A stretch of DNA of 32,000 bases from Vibrio alginolyticus NBRC 15630 = ATCC 17749 (lineage in GTDB: Bacteria > Pseudomonadota > Gammaproteobacteria > Enterobacterales > Vibrionaceae), in contig NC_022359.1 of NCBI RefSeq assembly GCF_000354175.2, positions 1,320,001-1,352,000 of the forward strand, read 5' to 3'. Positions 1 to 8,755 of the stretch are shown here, one piece after another (the first letter of the stretch is position 1; the number at the start of each line of letters is the position of its first letter). Made by a program: the position numbers and the translations under genes. The notes beneath the pieces are model-generated. The model was given only the letters and a program-made list of their open reading frames with translations, made no database searches and was not told where the DNA came from.

Positions 1-503
1 AGGAGATTCTGGCTGGTAGCTGGGAGTCGTTGAATACGGGGAGAGCTGATTTACTGATTTGCCCATCACTGGATACGCTTCCTCAAGAAGTTAAGTCAGA
101 AAAAATTGGTAAAATGAGTATGTATTGGGTAGCTTCCGCTGATCACTATGTTCACAAGCGTAGTGGTAAGTTTGATGAAGCAGCGCGAGAAAAGTATCGG
201 ATTATTGCTATTGCAGATACCGCACGTGAGCAACCCGCGCTCTCAATTAATATCATTCAAAAACAGCCTCGCTTGACCGTCACCAACTTTACGGCAAAAG
301 TAGAAGCGCTAACTGCAGGTTTAGGCATTGGTACATTACCAAGCCAAATTGCACAACCTCTTATTGATAGTGGTGTATTGAAACGAATCGAAGGCACTGA
401 AGAACAGCCGATGGATATTATTTTGGCATGGCGCCGGAACACTATGGGTGAGGCAAAATCCTGGTGTATTCAGTACTTAAAAAAGAATTGGAAACTAAAG
501 TAA
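1..503 (+). CDS. LysR-family transcriptional regulator, C-terminal effector-binding part (5' end lies outside the window)
   Basis: The frame of track ORF 30..503 stays open to the window edge (EILAGSWESL-NTGRADLLI...). GRADLLI and LTVTNFTAKVEALTAGLGIGTLP are typical of the LysR substrate-binding domain. Confidence 0.7.
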   Translation, partial: EILAGSWESLNTGRADLLICPSLDTLPQEVKSEKIGKMSMYWVASADHYVHKRSGKFDEAAREKYRIIAIADTAREQPALSINIIQKQPRLTVTNFTAKVEALTAGLGIGTLPSQIAQPLIDSGVLKRIEGTEEQPMDIILAWRRNTMGEAKSWCIQYLKKNWKLK

Positions 504-580
504 CAACGTAACTTTTACTTCTTAGATTCCCATTGATTATCGAATGTAAGAAGTAAAAGTCATCGCTAATGCTGCGCTTT

Positions 581-3214
581 TCAATTTAAAGGGAGCACCA
601 TATCTGCCGTACCGTCTGCAAACTGGACATCGATCTCAAACCCCAAGTTCTGAGCCAACATCAACATTCCTCTGTTTGTTGGCATGGTCATTCCAGACAT
701 TTGCTTTGTGCCTTTAATTTTGCAATAGCTGATTATTTTCTGCATCAGCACTTTGCCTAAACCTTTTCCTTTCAAATCTGAACGAACCAAAATAGCAAAC
801 TCAGCGTCACTATTGTCTGGTGTAATCAATGCGCGGGCTACCCCTATGATAGACGGTCCGTCAGTATTAAACGCTACCGCAACAAACGCCATTTCGCGGT
901 CGTAGTCGATTTGAGTAAAGTTTGCCAAAGCCTCATGGTTGAACTCTCCAACTTCAGAAAAGAAACGTTTATAGAGATCTTCTTTCGATACGCTATTAAT
1001 GAATTGAGCATGCAGCGGTTCATCCTCAGGCAAGATAGGGCGAAGCAGGATAGGTTGGCCATCTCGAAGCGTTACAGTTTCGACAAACTCTGCCGGGAAA
1101 GGGCGAATCGCTAGCCGTTTTTGGGCGTCTCCTTCGTATTTACACAGTGTGACATCTGCATCAAGGATAGTTAAATCGCTTCCGGATACCAGCACTGGAT
1201 GGATATCCAGCCTTTGTATTTCTGGTAACTCAACTGCCATTTGGGAGATACGAACCAAGAACTTCGACAACTCAGTAATATCGAGCGCATCTTTGTGTTT
1301 CTGCAGGCGAATCTTTCCAGACTTTAGGGCAACAACGACAAGGTAGCGCGCAAGCGTCATGTTCAAAGGAGGAAGTGCAGCGACGGCATCTTGGGCGATA
1401 TTCCACTCAGAGCCGCCTTGACCAAGCAAGATCACTGGTCCAAAGACTTTATCTACTGCAATACTAATCCGTAGCTCTTCAGCGCTGCCGAGCTTTGCCA
1501 TCCCTTGTACCAACAGCCCATGTACATTGGCGGAAGGGTAGCTGAGCTTTACGGTATCTAAAATGGATAGCGCTGCGTTGGAAACTTCTCGACTGTTTCT
1601 TAAATTTAGAGCGACACCGTGAACATCCGATTTATGAGGAATGTCTGGAGAACGCAATTTAACCGCAACAGGATATCCAATATTTTCTGCCATATGAACG
1701 GCTTCAATGTCGTCAGATGCAATCCACGTAGGCAAAACGTTAAACCCGAACAGCTTAAATAATGGGCTGGTTTGATGCGTATCCAAGGTGACTGTGTTTT
1801 TATCCAGTAGTCGTTCGTTTACCCATTCTTTTGCTGAACTCACACTTCCAGAATGTAATGGCTCTGCCGTCGTTGGCGTTTCCATTAGTTGTTTCTGGTT
1901 TCGTCTGTATTCGACCAAGTGCATGTATGCTACAACCGCACTTTCAGGTGTTCTATAGGTTGGAATGCCTGCTTGAGTAAAGGCCAGTCGCGCTTCTCTC
2001 GACGTTTGTTCTCCTGACCAGTTGGTCAAGATATTAAAATGCTTATGCCGAGGGTGAGATTTGATGGCATTAATAACGACTTGAGCAGTTTCAAGAGGAT
2101 CAGAAACAGCAGAAGGACTATGCATAATCAATATCGCATCTGCACAGTCGTTATTCATCAGTGCGTTAATGGTATCAATATAGCGTTTTTGGGTTGCGTC
2201 ACCAGACAGATCAATTGGATTTCGAGCACGCCAGTTGGATGGAAGTACTGCTTGTAATTGCTCAATGGAAGCGTCATCAAGCGTTGCGAGTTGGCCACCA
2301 CGTTCAATCAAAGTATCAACGGACATAACAGCAGGGCCGCCGCCATTGGTGATGATCGCTAAACGCTCTCCACGAAGTGGCACAGAATGCGTGAGTGTTT
2401 CTACCGCGGCAAAAAGCTCATGCGTATTGCTGACTCGTAACATACCAGTTCTGCGAATAGCAGAATCGTAAATTACGTCAAGTGTATCTCCGTCTTGCTG
2501 CTCAAAAGTATTCATCTCTTTAGAGCGGCCCGCTTTTAGCACCAATATACGTCGGTTACGTGAAGCGGCGCGCGCAGCAGACATAAATCGGCGAGCGTCT
2601 TGGATATTATCAACATAAAGCAGAATAGCTTCAGTGTTTCCATCCATACTCAAATAGTCGAGCAAATCTGCAAAATCGATATCTTGTCCGCGCCCAATCG
2701 AAATGAACGAAGAAAAACCAATGTTCTTATCATTTGCCCAGTCTAAAACCGTGGTACAAACCGCCGCGGATTGTGAGATGAAAGCAATTTTTCCGGGTTT
2801 AGCTGCAACAGGGGAAAACGTGCAGTTAAAATTGTGCCAAGGAAGGATGATACCTAAGCTGTTTGGGCCTAAGACTCGAATGTTCAATGATGAGATATCT
2901 AAAGGGTTAGGGTCATCAGAGATAACAATCGCAAACGGTGTGCCTCTCTCATCTAGCTCTTTAAGCAATTGCTCGTTACGTGAAACGTTCGTACACAAAA
3001 TTGCAATATCTGGCGTATAGGGCAGGGAAGCTACATCAGGGTAAGCGATCACGCCAGATACGGCTTTATATCGCGGCGTTACTGGCATAATCGCGCCACC
3101 AAATCCACTTTGTAGAAGGTTGCGCATCACAACATGTCCTGCTCGCAATGCTTTTTGAGATGCCCCAATAACGGCCACAGAGTTGGGTTTAAAGAGTTTA
3201 TGTAGTTTATTCAT
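581..3214 (-). CDS. patZ: Protein lysine acetyltransferase: NDP-forming acyl-CoA synthetase-like region plus C-terminal GNAT domain (Pat/YfiQ/PatZ type)
   Basis: The track ORF is 886 aa (877 aa from ATG 3214). It has an N-terminal CoA-binding motif (KPNSVAVIGAS), central succinyl-CoA-synthetase/ATP-grasp-like regions and a C-terminal GNAT motif (RSDLKGKGLGKVLMQKII). The architecture and size match my recollection of E. coli YfiQ. I set the start at ATG 3214 (MNKLHKLF), which has AGGAG 5 nt upstream. Confidence 0.85.
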   Translation of the reverse strand: MNKLHKLFKPNSVAVIGASQKALRAGHVVMRNLLQSGFGGAIMPVTPRYKAVSGVIAYPDVASLPYTPDIAILCTNVSRNEQLLKELDERGTPFAIVISDDPNPLDISSLNIRVLGPNSLGIILPWHNFNCTFSPVAAKPGKIAFISQSAAVCTTVLDWANDKNIGFSSFISIGRGQDIDFADLLDYLSMDGNTEAILLYVDNIQDARRFMSAARAASRNRRILVLKAGRSKEMNTFEQQDGDTLDVIYDSAIRRTGMLRVSNTHELFAAVETLTHSVPLRGERLAIITNGGGPAVMSVDTLIERGGQLATLDDASIEQLQAVLPSNWRARNPIDLSGDATQKRYIDTINALMNNDCADAILIMHSPSAVSDPLETAQVVINAIKSHPRHKHFNILTNWSGEQTSREARLAFTQAGIPTYRTPESAVVAYMHLVEYRRNQKQLMETPTTAEPLHSGSVSSAKEWVNERLLDKNTVTLDTHQTSPLFKLFGFNVLPTWIASDDIEAVHMAENIGYPVAVKLRSPDIPHKSDVHGVALNLRNSREVSNAALSILDTVKLSYPSANVHGLLVQGMAKLGSAEELRISIAVDKVFGPVILLGQGGSEWNIAQDAVAALPPLNMTLARYLVVVALKSGKIRLQKHKDALDITELSKFLVRISQMAVELPEIQRLDIHPVLVSGSDLTILDADVTLCKYEGDAQKRLAIRPFPAEFVETVTLRDGQPILLRPILPEDEPLHAQFINSVSKEDLYKRFFSEVGEFNHEALANFTQIDYDREMAFVAVAFNTDGPSIIGVARALITPDNSDAEFAILVRSDLKGKGLGKVLMQKIISYCKIKGTKQMSGMTMPTNRGMLMLAQNLGFEIDVQFADGTADMVLPLN

Positions 3215-3450
3215 GCTGACTCCTGGCCGTTTGTAAGTCACGTTGGCTTCTCGGTTTCATATCAATCATAAACGAATAATTTACTGATAAAACATCTTCA
3301 GACCAGACATTGCAGAAAATGTGTACGATGCTTATGGAGTTTGTGTTATTCATCACATCAAAATCACAGATTATTGTATTTGATGCTTGATAAACGGCCC
3401 TGCTATCGGCATGATTTATCGTAATATTTATCCAGAGCATTTGTTACTTC

Positions 3451-4020
3451 ATGAAAAAAATCGCAATCATCGGCTTGTCAGTTCTGCTTTCTGCTTGTGC
3501 ATCTGAAACTTACATCACGGATGTGACCTCAGAAAGTTACCGAGAGGACTACAAATCAGATCGTATCTCTAAACCAATTATGGCGTCTGAAAACGCTGTA
3601 GTAGAAAAAGACGTACAACCAACTGTTGTGAAAATGACGGCAAAGCCTGAAGAAAAGAAAGTAGTCAAGCTAACGCCAAAAGAGCAGGCGAAGCCAGTTA
3701 AGATCGTACCACCAAGTAAAAAGCAAGCTGGCATTCAACGATTCGGCTATACCATTCAAGTCGCAGCTGTGGGTAGCCAAGCTAAAGTCGATCAGTTTGC
3801 AAATAAGCTGCCACAGAACGGTCAGCCAATTTGGGAAAACTACAAAGTTGTAAACGGTACTAAGTGGTTCTCAGTTTTATACGGAGACTACGCAACAAGC
3901 GCAGAAGCCAAGCAAGCGATTTCGACTTTGCCAGCTCAATTTCAGCAGTTAAGACCATTTGTTAAAAGCATTGATGCAATCAAAAACTCAGCTTACCCAA
4001 CGCTTAACAAATTAAATTAA
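3451..4020 (+). CDS. SPOR-domain lipoprotein
   Basis: Signal peptide with lipobox (MKKIAIIGLSVLLSAC), a K/P/E-rich linker and a C-terminal SPOR-like domain (YTIQVAAVGSQAKVDQF...WFSVLYGDYATSAEAKQAISTLP). Confidence 0.75.
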   Translation: MKKIAIIGLSVLLSACASETYITDVTSESYREDYKSDRISKPIMASENAVVEKDVQPTVVKMTAKPEEKKVVKLTPKEQAKPVKIVPPSKKQAGIQRFGYTIQVAAVGSQAKVDQFANKLPQNGQPIWENYKVVNGTKWFSVLYGDYATSAEAKQAISTLPAQFQQLRPFVKSIDAIKNSAYPTLNKLN

Positions 4021-4030
4021 CACATCAAAT

Positions 4031-4058
4031 AAGGGAGCGAATAGCTCCCTTATTTATT
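4031..4058 (+). terminator. Rho-independent terminator after the SPOR gene
   Basis: AAGGGAGC-gaata-GCTCCCTT stem-loop followed by a T-rich tract. Confidence 0.6.
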
Positions 4059-4169
4059 TGCTCAAATCCTATTCGAACAAAATTCCTCACACTAAAATTA
4101 CTGTACGTCACACTTCAAAGGTTTATCATAATAAATAGTATCTTTTGTAGGTCACGGAAAGATGGATTC

Positions 4170-5159
4170 ATGATTAAAAATATTCTTTTACTATGCGGCG
4201 GTGGCTCTTCTGAGCACGAGATTTCATTATTGTCTGCAAACTTTGTCGAACAACAACTAAATCTTATTGAAGACGTTCACGTTACACGCGTAGAAATAAA
4301 AAACGAAGGTTGGATGACCAACCAAGGTGAGTTGGTTTACTTGGATCTCAATACCAAGCAGTTGTGCTCAAGTGAATCTAATCAAACCATTGATTTCATC
4401 GTGCCTTGTATACATGGTTTTCCTGGCGAAACAGGCGACATTCAATCTCTGTTTGAAATCGCAGGTATTCCTTATCTTGGCTGCGGGCCAGAAGCGAGTA
4501 GCAATAGTTTCAATAAAATCACATCTAAGCTTTGGTACGACGCTATCGGCATACCCAATACGCCATACTTATTCTTAACGCGAAACGATGAAGAAGCTCA
4601 CGTTCAAGCTCATAAAGCCTTTGAAAAGTGGGGAAAAGTTTTTGTTAAAGCCGCTCGCCAAGGCTCTTCCGTTGGCTGTTACAGTGTCACAGAAAAAGAC
4701 AAGCTTTCTAATGCAGTAAATGATGCTTTTGGGTTTTCTGACCAAGTGTTGGTTGAGAAAGCAGTAAAACCTCGAGAACTTGAAGTTGCTGCATATGAGA
4801 TGAATGGCCAACTACATATCACTAAGCCAGGCGAGGTCATCGCGCCTGATGGTGCTTTTTACTCGTACGATGAAAAGTACAGCAGTTCAAGTCACTCGCT
4901 CACAGAAGTTGAGGCGAAGAATCTAACTCAAGTACAATTAGATTCCATCCAACACGCGTCAGAGACGGTATTTAAACAAATGAATCTTCGTCATTTATCT
5001 CGTATCGACTTTTTCCTAACGGAAGATGATGAGATTTACTTAAACGAAGTAAACACATTTCCAGGAATGACTCCGATCTCAATGTTCCCTAAAATGCTTC
5101 AAAACAACGGGCACAAATTTCATGAGTTCTTGGAAGATTGTATAAACAGTGCAAAGTGA
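4170..5159 (+). CDS. ddl: D-alanine--D-alanine ligase
   Basis: 329 aa. The N-terminus ILLLCGGGSSEHEISLLSA and the C-terminus YLNEVNTFPGMTPISMFPKM are characteristic of the ATP-grasp Ddl family. Confidence 0.9.
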   Translation: MIKNILLLCGGGSSEHEISLLSANFVEQQLNLIEDVHVTRVEIKNEGWMTNQGELVYLDLNTKQLCSSESNQTIDFIVPCIHGFPGETGDIQSLFEIAGIPYLGCGPEASSNSFNKITSKLWYDAIGIPNTPYLFLTRNDEEAHVQAHKAFEKWGKVFVKAARQGSSVGCYSVTEKDKLSNAVNDAFGFSDQVLVEKAVKPRELEVAAYEMNGQLHITKPGEVIAPDGAFYSYDEKYSSSSHSLTEVEAKNLTQVQLDSIQHASETVFKQMNLRHLSRIDFFLTEDDEIYLNEVNTFPGMTPISMFPKMLQNNGHKFHEFLEDCINSAK

Positions 5160-5287
5160 TTAACGTTATCGAGACGCGTTTTATGATACAAGTTGTTTTC
5201 TAGAGCAAGGATTATTCAAGCCGTATTTGAATATTGCTCAGTAGCAATTATGATTATATCAACGCATTAAACAGATGACTCAGTGGT

Positions 5288-5674
5288 ATGGCGATTTCAA
5301 ATTATAGAGGTTTTAACCTGCAGTCAGTCGGATCAGATGGCAGTGTTTGGAAGGTTAAAATCAAGAACCACGTCTTACAGGGAAGTTTGACGGCGGTAAA
5401 GAAAAGCATTGATTGGTGGTGTGACACCGCATCGATTATTGATCCCAAAGAGTTTGCTTCACTCGGACAGAGAGTGCAGCAAACAGGTGTTGCAAAATCA
5501 GAGGTCTTTAACGGCTATACTATTCAAAATGATACAGGCCAACCTAACTCTTGGTACTGTATGTTTAATGGTAAACTGATTAAGGGCAGTAAAGCCGCTA
5601 TTCAACGCCATATCGAAGCTTATTTGGTTGCAAAGCAAAAAGCGATGCAAGCTCAACAACAAAAGAAACAATAG
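5288..5674 (+). CDS. Hypothetical protein, stop 1 nt before the yciH start
   Basis: 128-aa ORF. Its stop at 5672-5674 lies 1 nt before the yciH ATG at 5676. I recognise no domain. Confidence 0.5.
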   Translation: MAISNYRGFNLQSVGSDGSVWKVKIKNHVLQGSLTAVKKSIDWWCDTASIIDPKEFASLGQRVQQTGVAKSEVFNGYTIQNDTGQPNSWYCMFNGKLIKGSKAAIQRHIEAYLVAKQKAMQAQQQKKQ

Positions 5675-5675
5675 A

Positions 5676-5987
5676 ATGACTCTGGTATATTCAACAGAAA
5701 CCGGTCGAATTAAACCGGAAGAAGAAAAAGTATCTCGCCCTAAAGGCGATGGTGTTGTTCGGATTCAGCGCCAAACGAAAGGCCGTAAAGGTAAAGGCGT
5801 ATGCATTGTTACAGGTTTAGACTTGGATGATGCACCTTTAAAGTTATTAGCGGCAGAACTCAAAAAAGTCTGTGGCTGTGGTGGCTCTGTAAAAGATGGC
5901 AATATCGAGATTCAAGGTGATGCTAGAGACAAGATCAAGGCACATCTTGAAAAGAAAGGCATGACAGTCAAATTAGCCGGTGGCTAA
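5676..5987 (+). CDS. yciH: SUI1/eIF1-family translation initiation factor-like protein YciH
   Basis: GRKGKGVCIVTGL...LKKVCGCGGSVKDGNIEIQGD matches the SUI1 family. I moved the start from the track's 5628 to ATG 5676 (MTLVYSTETGRI). Confidence 0.85.
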   Translation: MTLVYSTETGRIKPEEEKVSRPKGDGVVRIQRQTKGRKGKGVCIVTGLDLDDAPLKLLAAELKKVCGCGGSVKDGNIEIQGDARDKIKAHLEKKGMTVKLAGG

Positions 5988-6008
5988 TTTAATATTTCCA
6001 GTAAACAA

Positions 6009-6041
6009 AAATGGCGTCTAAAGAAATAGACGCCATTTTTT
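6009..6041 (+). terminator. Rho-independent terminator after yciH
   Basis: AATGGCGTCTA-aagaaa-TAGACGCCATT followed by TTTTTT. Confidence 0.8.
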
Positions 6042-6207
6042 ATAAGTTTCTAATTGAAGAGCAAGCAATCGTAGATTGATAGATCGATATTAGCTATTTT
6101 ATGGTAAATAACCATTATGTTTAATGCTCACCGTAAGGCCCTTAAATTTAAAATCTGCAGGGGAATAGGAGCATACTCAGACAACATTTAGCGTACGGCT
6201 ATATGTG

Positions 6208-6235
6208 ATTTAACATAATATACATAATGCGCACT
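6208..6235 (-). other. dif: Chromosome dimer resolution site dif (XerC/XerD target), which also forms the left attachment junction of the prophage
   Basis: The plus strand reads ATTTAACATAA-TATACA-TAATGCGCACT. Its reverse complement is AGTGCGCATTA-TGTATA-TTATGTTAAAT. Both 11-nt arms are identical to the V. cholerae dif1 arms as I remember them, and one central nucleotide differs. Confidence 0.85.
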
Positions 6236-6578
6236 GATATAGGGGTTCCTGTGGACTTGCAATCACTAAGGCCAATCCAGCACAAGCCATTGAAATACTT
6301 GATAATCCAAGTCCGTTAAACTTTTTTCCTATGTTCTGCCATAGTGTCTGCGCTTCGTGCGTTTTTGCTTTATCCATCGCTAAGCCAATCAGAGCCTTTT
6401 CTTTGTCTTCACCAATAGCTTCAGCAAGCATAAGTATCTGATTTTCATTGAGATAACTTCGACCTTTTCTTACTTCTGTGAGCATTTGAGGGCTTACACC
6501 TAGGTCATGAGCAATCTGCTTGTATTGAATGTAGTTCATTTGCTCTTTATAAGCATCAATGAGCTTGTTTGTGTACAT
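6210..6578 (-). CDS. Phage HTH-type regulator (putative repressor), divergent from the rep operon
   Basis: The segment IQYKQIAHDLGVSPQMLTEVRKGRSYLN resembles a helix-turn-helix. I prefer the start at ATG 6578 (GAGGA upstream) over the track's GTG 6599. The last 9 codons, stop included, lie inside the dif site. Confidence 0.6.
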   Translation of the reverse strand: MYTNKLIDAYKEQMNYIQYKQIAHDLGVSPQMLTEVRKGRSYLNENQILMLAEAIGEDKEKALIGLAMDKAKTHEAQTLWQNIGKKFNGLGLSSISMACAGLALVIASPQEPLYQCALCILC

Positions 6579-6626
6579 TTCTGCTTTTCCTCTAATCACG
6601 CTATTGGACTGATTTTAGTCTTTTAG

Positions 6627-6690
6627 TACAGATTTTGCTGTGTTGACGGTACAGAAATATCTGTATTTAATCACTACAGAATTTACTGTA
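6627..6690. promoter_or_regulatory. Three TACAG-N6-CTGTA inverted-repeat operators overlapping a rightward promoter
   Basis: O1 is 6627-6642 (TACAGattttgCTGTG). O2 is 6650-6665 (TACAGaaatatCTGTA). O3 is 6675-6690 (TACAGaatttaCTGTA). TTGACG at 6643-6648 and TTTAAT at 6666-6671 are 17 nt apart, and O2 fills that spacer. Confidence 0.6.
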
Positions 6691-6777
6691 TCAGACCGCC
6701 TTAGCTTTGGGCGTTTGCCCTTGACGCTTTCGCGCTAGGCTTTGGCGGTCGCTCTCTCAACTAGTCAAGGTGTTGCA

Positions 6778-7401
6778 ATGAAAAAACTTTCTACTGAAAA
6801 TGCGATCATTATCGATACAGAAACTACTGGCTTAGGCGCTGACGCAGAAATTGTTGAGTTCACTGCTATCTGTGCTCACACTGGCAAAGTTATCGTGAAC
6901 GAACTTGTTAAACCTACATGTTCGATTCCTGCTGACGCAACGGCTATTCATGGCATCACCGATGAAGACGTTAAGGATGCGCCCGACTTTCATTTAGTCT
7001 TCTCAAACCATTTTCTTCCGCTTCTTAACGGTCGTCCAATCATCATCTACAACTCAGATTTTGATACGCGCTTAATTATCCAATCTTTGGATAAGCACTG
7101 TAACGCTGCTTACGTCCAATCCGTTCACGATTTGTTTTTCAAGTTCTGTGTTCCTCAATGCGCAATGCTTTGGTATGCAGAGTTCTTTGGTGTTTGGAAT
7201 GAACACCATGAAGATTACAAGTGGCAAGCACTTTCCAACGCTTGCGCTCAACAGAATGTTGATGTGTCTGACTTAACGGCGCACCGTGCACTGGCTGATT
7301 GTGAAATGACTCGTCGATTGATTCACACCGTTAACTCACAGATTGAAAACCAAAACAATCAAAACTGTGACAGCGTCACTAAGCCTAGTTCAGAGGCTTA
7401 A
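6778..7401 (+). CDS. DnaQ-like DEDDh 3'-5' exonuclease
   Basis: Exo I is IIIDTETTGL. Exo II is IIIYNSDFDTRLI. Exo III is HRALADCEMT (H-x4-D). I set the start at ATG 6778 (MKKLSTEN) rather than the track's TTG 6742. Confidence 0.8.
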   Translation: MKKLSTENAIIIDTETTGLGADAEIVEFTAICAHTGKVIVNELVKPTCSIPADATAIHGITDEDVKDAPDFHLVFSNHFLPLLNGRPIIIYNSDFDTRLIIQSLDKHCNAAYVQSVHDLFFKFCVPQCAMLWYAEFFGVWNEHHEDYKWQALSNACAQQNVDVSDLTAHRALADCEMTRRLIHTVNSQIENQNNQNCDSVTKPSSEA

Positions 7402-7404
7402 TCC

Positions 7405-7620
7405 ATGAACGAAGCTCAAATCATCTATTACGACTTGCTGCCTGACTACACGGTTTCTGTGTTGGTCAAAGGTTGCGACGAATGGGATTTGCTTAAATCC
7501 ATGTCTCATCTTGAGTCTTGGGCTTCGTCTCAGTTCGCTTCTTATGAGTTGGTGTCCATCACCAACACGACCGTTGAACAACGTATCAATATGGGGGTGT
7601 TCGATGACTACTGCAACTAA
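7405..7620 (+). CDS. Hypothetical phage protein (71 aa) between the exonuclease and Rep
   Basis: The ATG lies 3 nt after the exonuclease stop, and the 3' end overlaps the Rep start by 17 nt. I recognise no domain. Confidence 0.45.
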   Translation: MNEAQIIYYDLLPDYTVSVLVKGCDEWDLLKSMSHLESWASSQFASYELVSITNTTVEQRINMGVFDDYCN

Positions 7621-8752
7621 CATCCTCAAAAAGTTCGATGAGCAAAGCGTTCATATTGATTACCTGTGTTTTACGTTTGCCGTGAAAGACTTACGTCATT
7701 GTCATGATGCGGTTCGTCGATTGCACAAGCATGAGGAATACAAAGGCTTTGCCAAATCAGGACTGTTACAGCGTCACTGTCGTGCGCCTAAGTTCCCTGC
7801 TCCACCTGTATTTAATCCGACCGTCGCTAAGACGTCTGAAGACATTGAAGCGTACAACAAAGCATTTGATATCTGTTACCGCAACTACTTGGAAGACTGC
7901 TTGCGCATCTTCACCAATCAAGTGCTTGGTTTGTCGCTGTCTGCGCCTCGCGGTTTGGGTTTCCAGTTCTACACCGAATCCATGAAACTGACTTCGCCAG
8001 ATGGTGAGGACTTCTGCGGCTTCGTTGGTATCGGCGGTAACAATGACACGGTGCATTTCCAAATCAACGGAACGGGATGCAAGCATGTATTTGCCCGTCG
8101 TCCTACGTGGTCGCTACATGACTGGCTGACCAATGTACTTGGTGTGCAAACTCTGGCGCGTGTTGACTTGGCTTATGACGATTACGACGGGATTTTCGAT
8201 TGCGAATACGCTTACAAGGCGTGGCGCGACGACTGTTTCAGAACGGCTGAACGTGGCCGTGGTCCTGTGCTTCATGAAGATATGACCATTGCCAGTATCG
8301 GCAAAGACGGCAAACCGATTTACACCAAAGAACAATACTCGATTGGTTCGCGTACCTCGCGTATTTACTGGCGTATCTACAACAAGGCGCTTGAGCAGAA
8401 ACTCGCAAACACGGGTCTTGTCTGGTATCGCTCTGAAGTTGAGCTTAAAAAATGGAATGTTGATGTGTTGCTGAATCCAGCTGGCGCGTATGCCGCGCTC
8501 AATGATTTCGCAGCCTCGATTTCTACTGCAAAGAAATTCAATACCAAACCTGTCCCGACGAAACGCGCGGCGTTAGACCTGTTGGCCTCTGCGCACTGGA
8601 TGCGCCGCCAGTACGGGAAAATTCTGAACTCTTTAATCGAATTCCATGAGGGCGACATTGAAACCGTGGTCGGTTCCCTTGTCCGTGATGGAACTAAATT
8701 CACCTTCCCCGATACCTACGGCAAGTTGGTGACTCACATATTGGAGACTTAA
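7604..8752 (+). CDS. Rolling-circle replication initiation protein (RstA/pII-like, Rep_trans type)
   Basis: The N-terminal VHIDYLCFTF motif, the size and the position before the ssDNA-binding and coat genes all fit. ATG 7604 follows a GGGGG Shine-Dalgarno-like run. The alternative ATG 7544 would give 402 aa and TTG 7511 would give 413 aa. Confidence 0.8.
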   Translation: MTTATNILKKFDEQSVHIDYLCFTFAVKDLRHCHDAVRRLHKHEEYKGFAKSGLLQRHCRAPKFPAPPVFNPTVAKTSEDIEAYNKAFDICYRNYLEDCLRIFTNQVLGLSLSAPRGLGFQFYTESMKLTSPDGEDFCGFVGIGGNNDTVHFQINGTGCKHVFARRPTWSLHDWLTNVLGVQTLARVDLAYDDYDGIFDCEYAYKAWRDDCFRTAERGRGPVLHEDMTIASIGKDGKPIYTKEQYSIGSRTSRIYWRIYNKALEQKLANTGLVWYRSEVELKKWNVDVLLNPAGAYAALNDFAASISTAKKFNTKPVPTKRAALDLLASAHWMRRQYGKILNSLIEFHEGDIETVVGSLVRDGTKFTFPDTYGKLVTHILET

Positions 8753-8755
8753 CAA

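Noticed and set aside
874-3020. Six short ORFs from the track inside the patZ locus, one on the same strand in another frame and five antisense (874..1062, 911..1114, 1149..1346, 2039..2257, 2235..2471, 2703..3020)
   Set aside because: All lie within a well-supported 877-886 aa gene. They have no Shine-Dalgarno sequences and no recognisable motifs, so they are shadow ORFs.
6638-6690. Possible LexA (SOS) boxes in the phage control region, because of the CTGT and ACAG elements
   Set aside because: The CTGT...ACAG pairs are 9 and 11 nt apart (6638-6654 and 6661-6679), not the canonical 8 nt. The consistent motif is the inverse arrangement, TACAG-N6-CTGTA.
7511-7603. Upstream extensions of Rep (TTG 7511 or ATG 7544), and similar 5' extensions of the pVI-like (11188) and zot-like (11427) ORFs
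   Set aside because: The extensions overlap upstream genes extensively and lack Shine-Dalgarno sequences. The internal ATGs at 7604, 11221 and 11532 give canonical N-termini and tight gene-to-gene junctions. ATG 7544 is kept as a possible alternative because it yields 402 aa.
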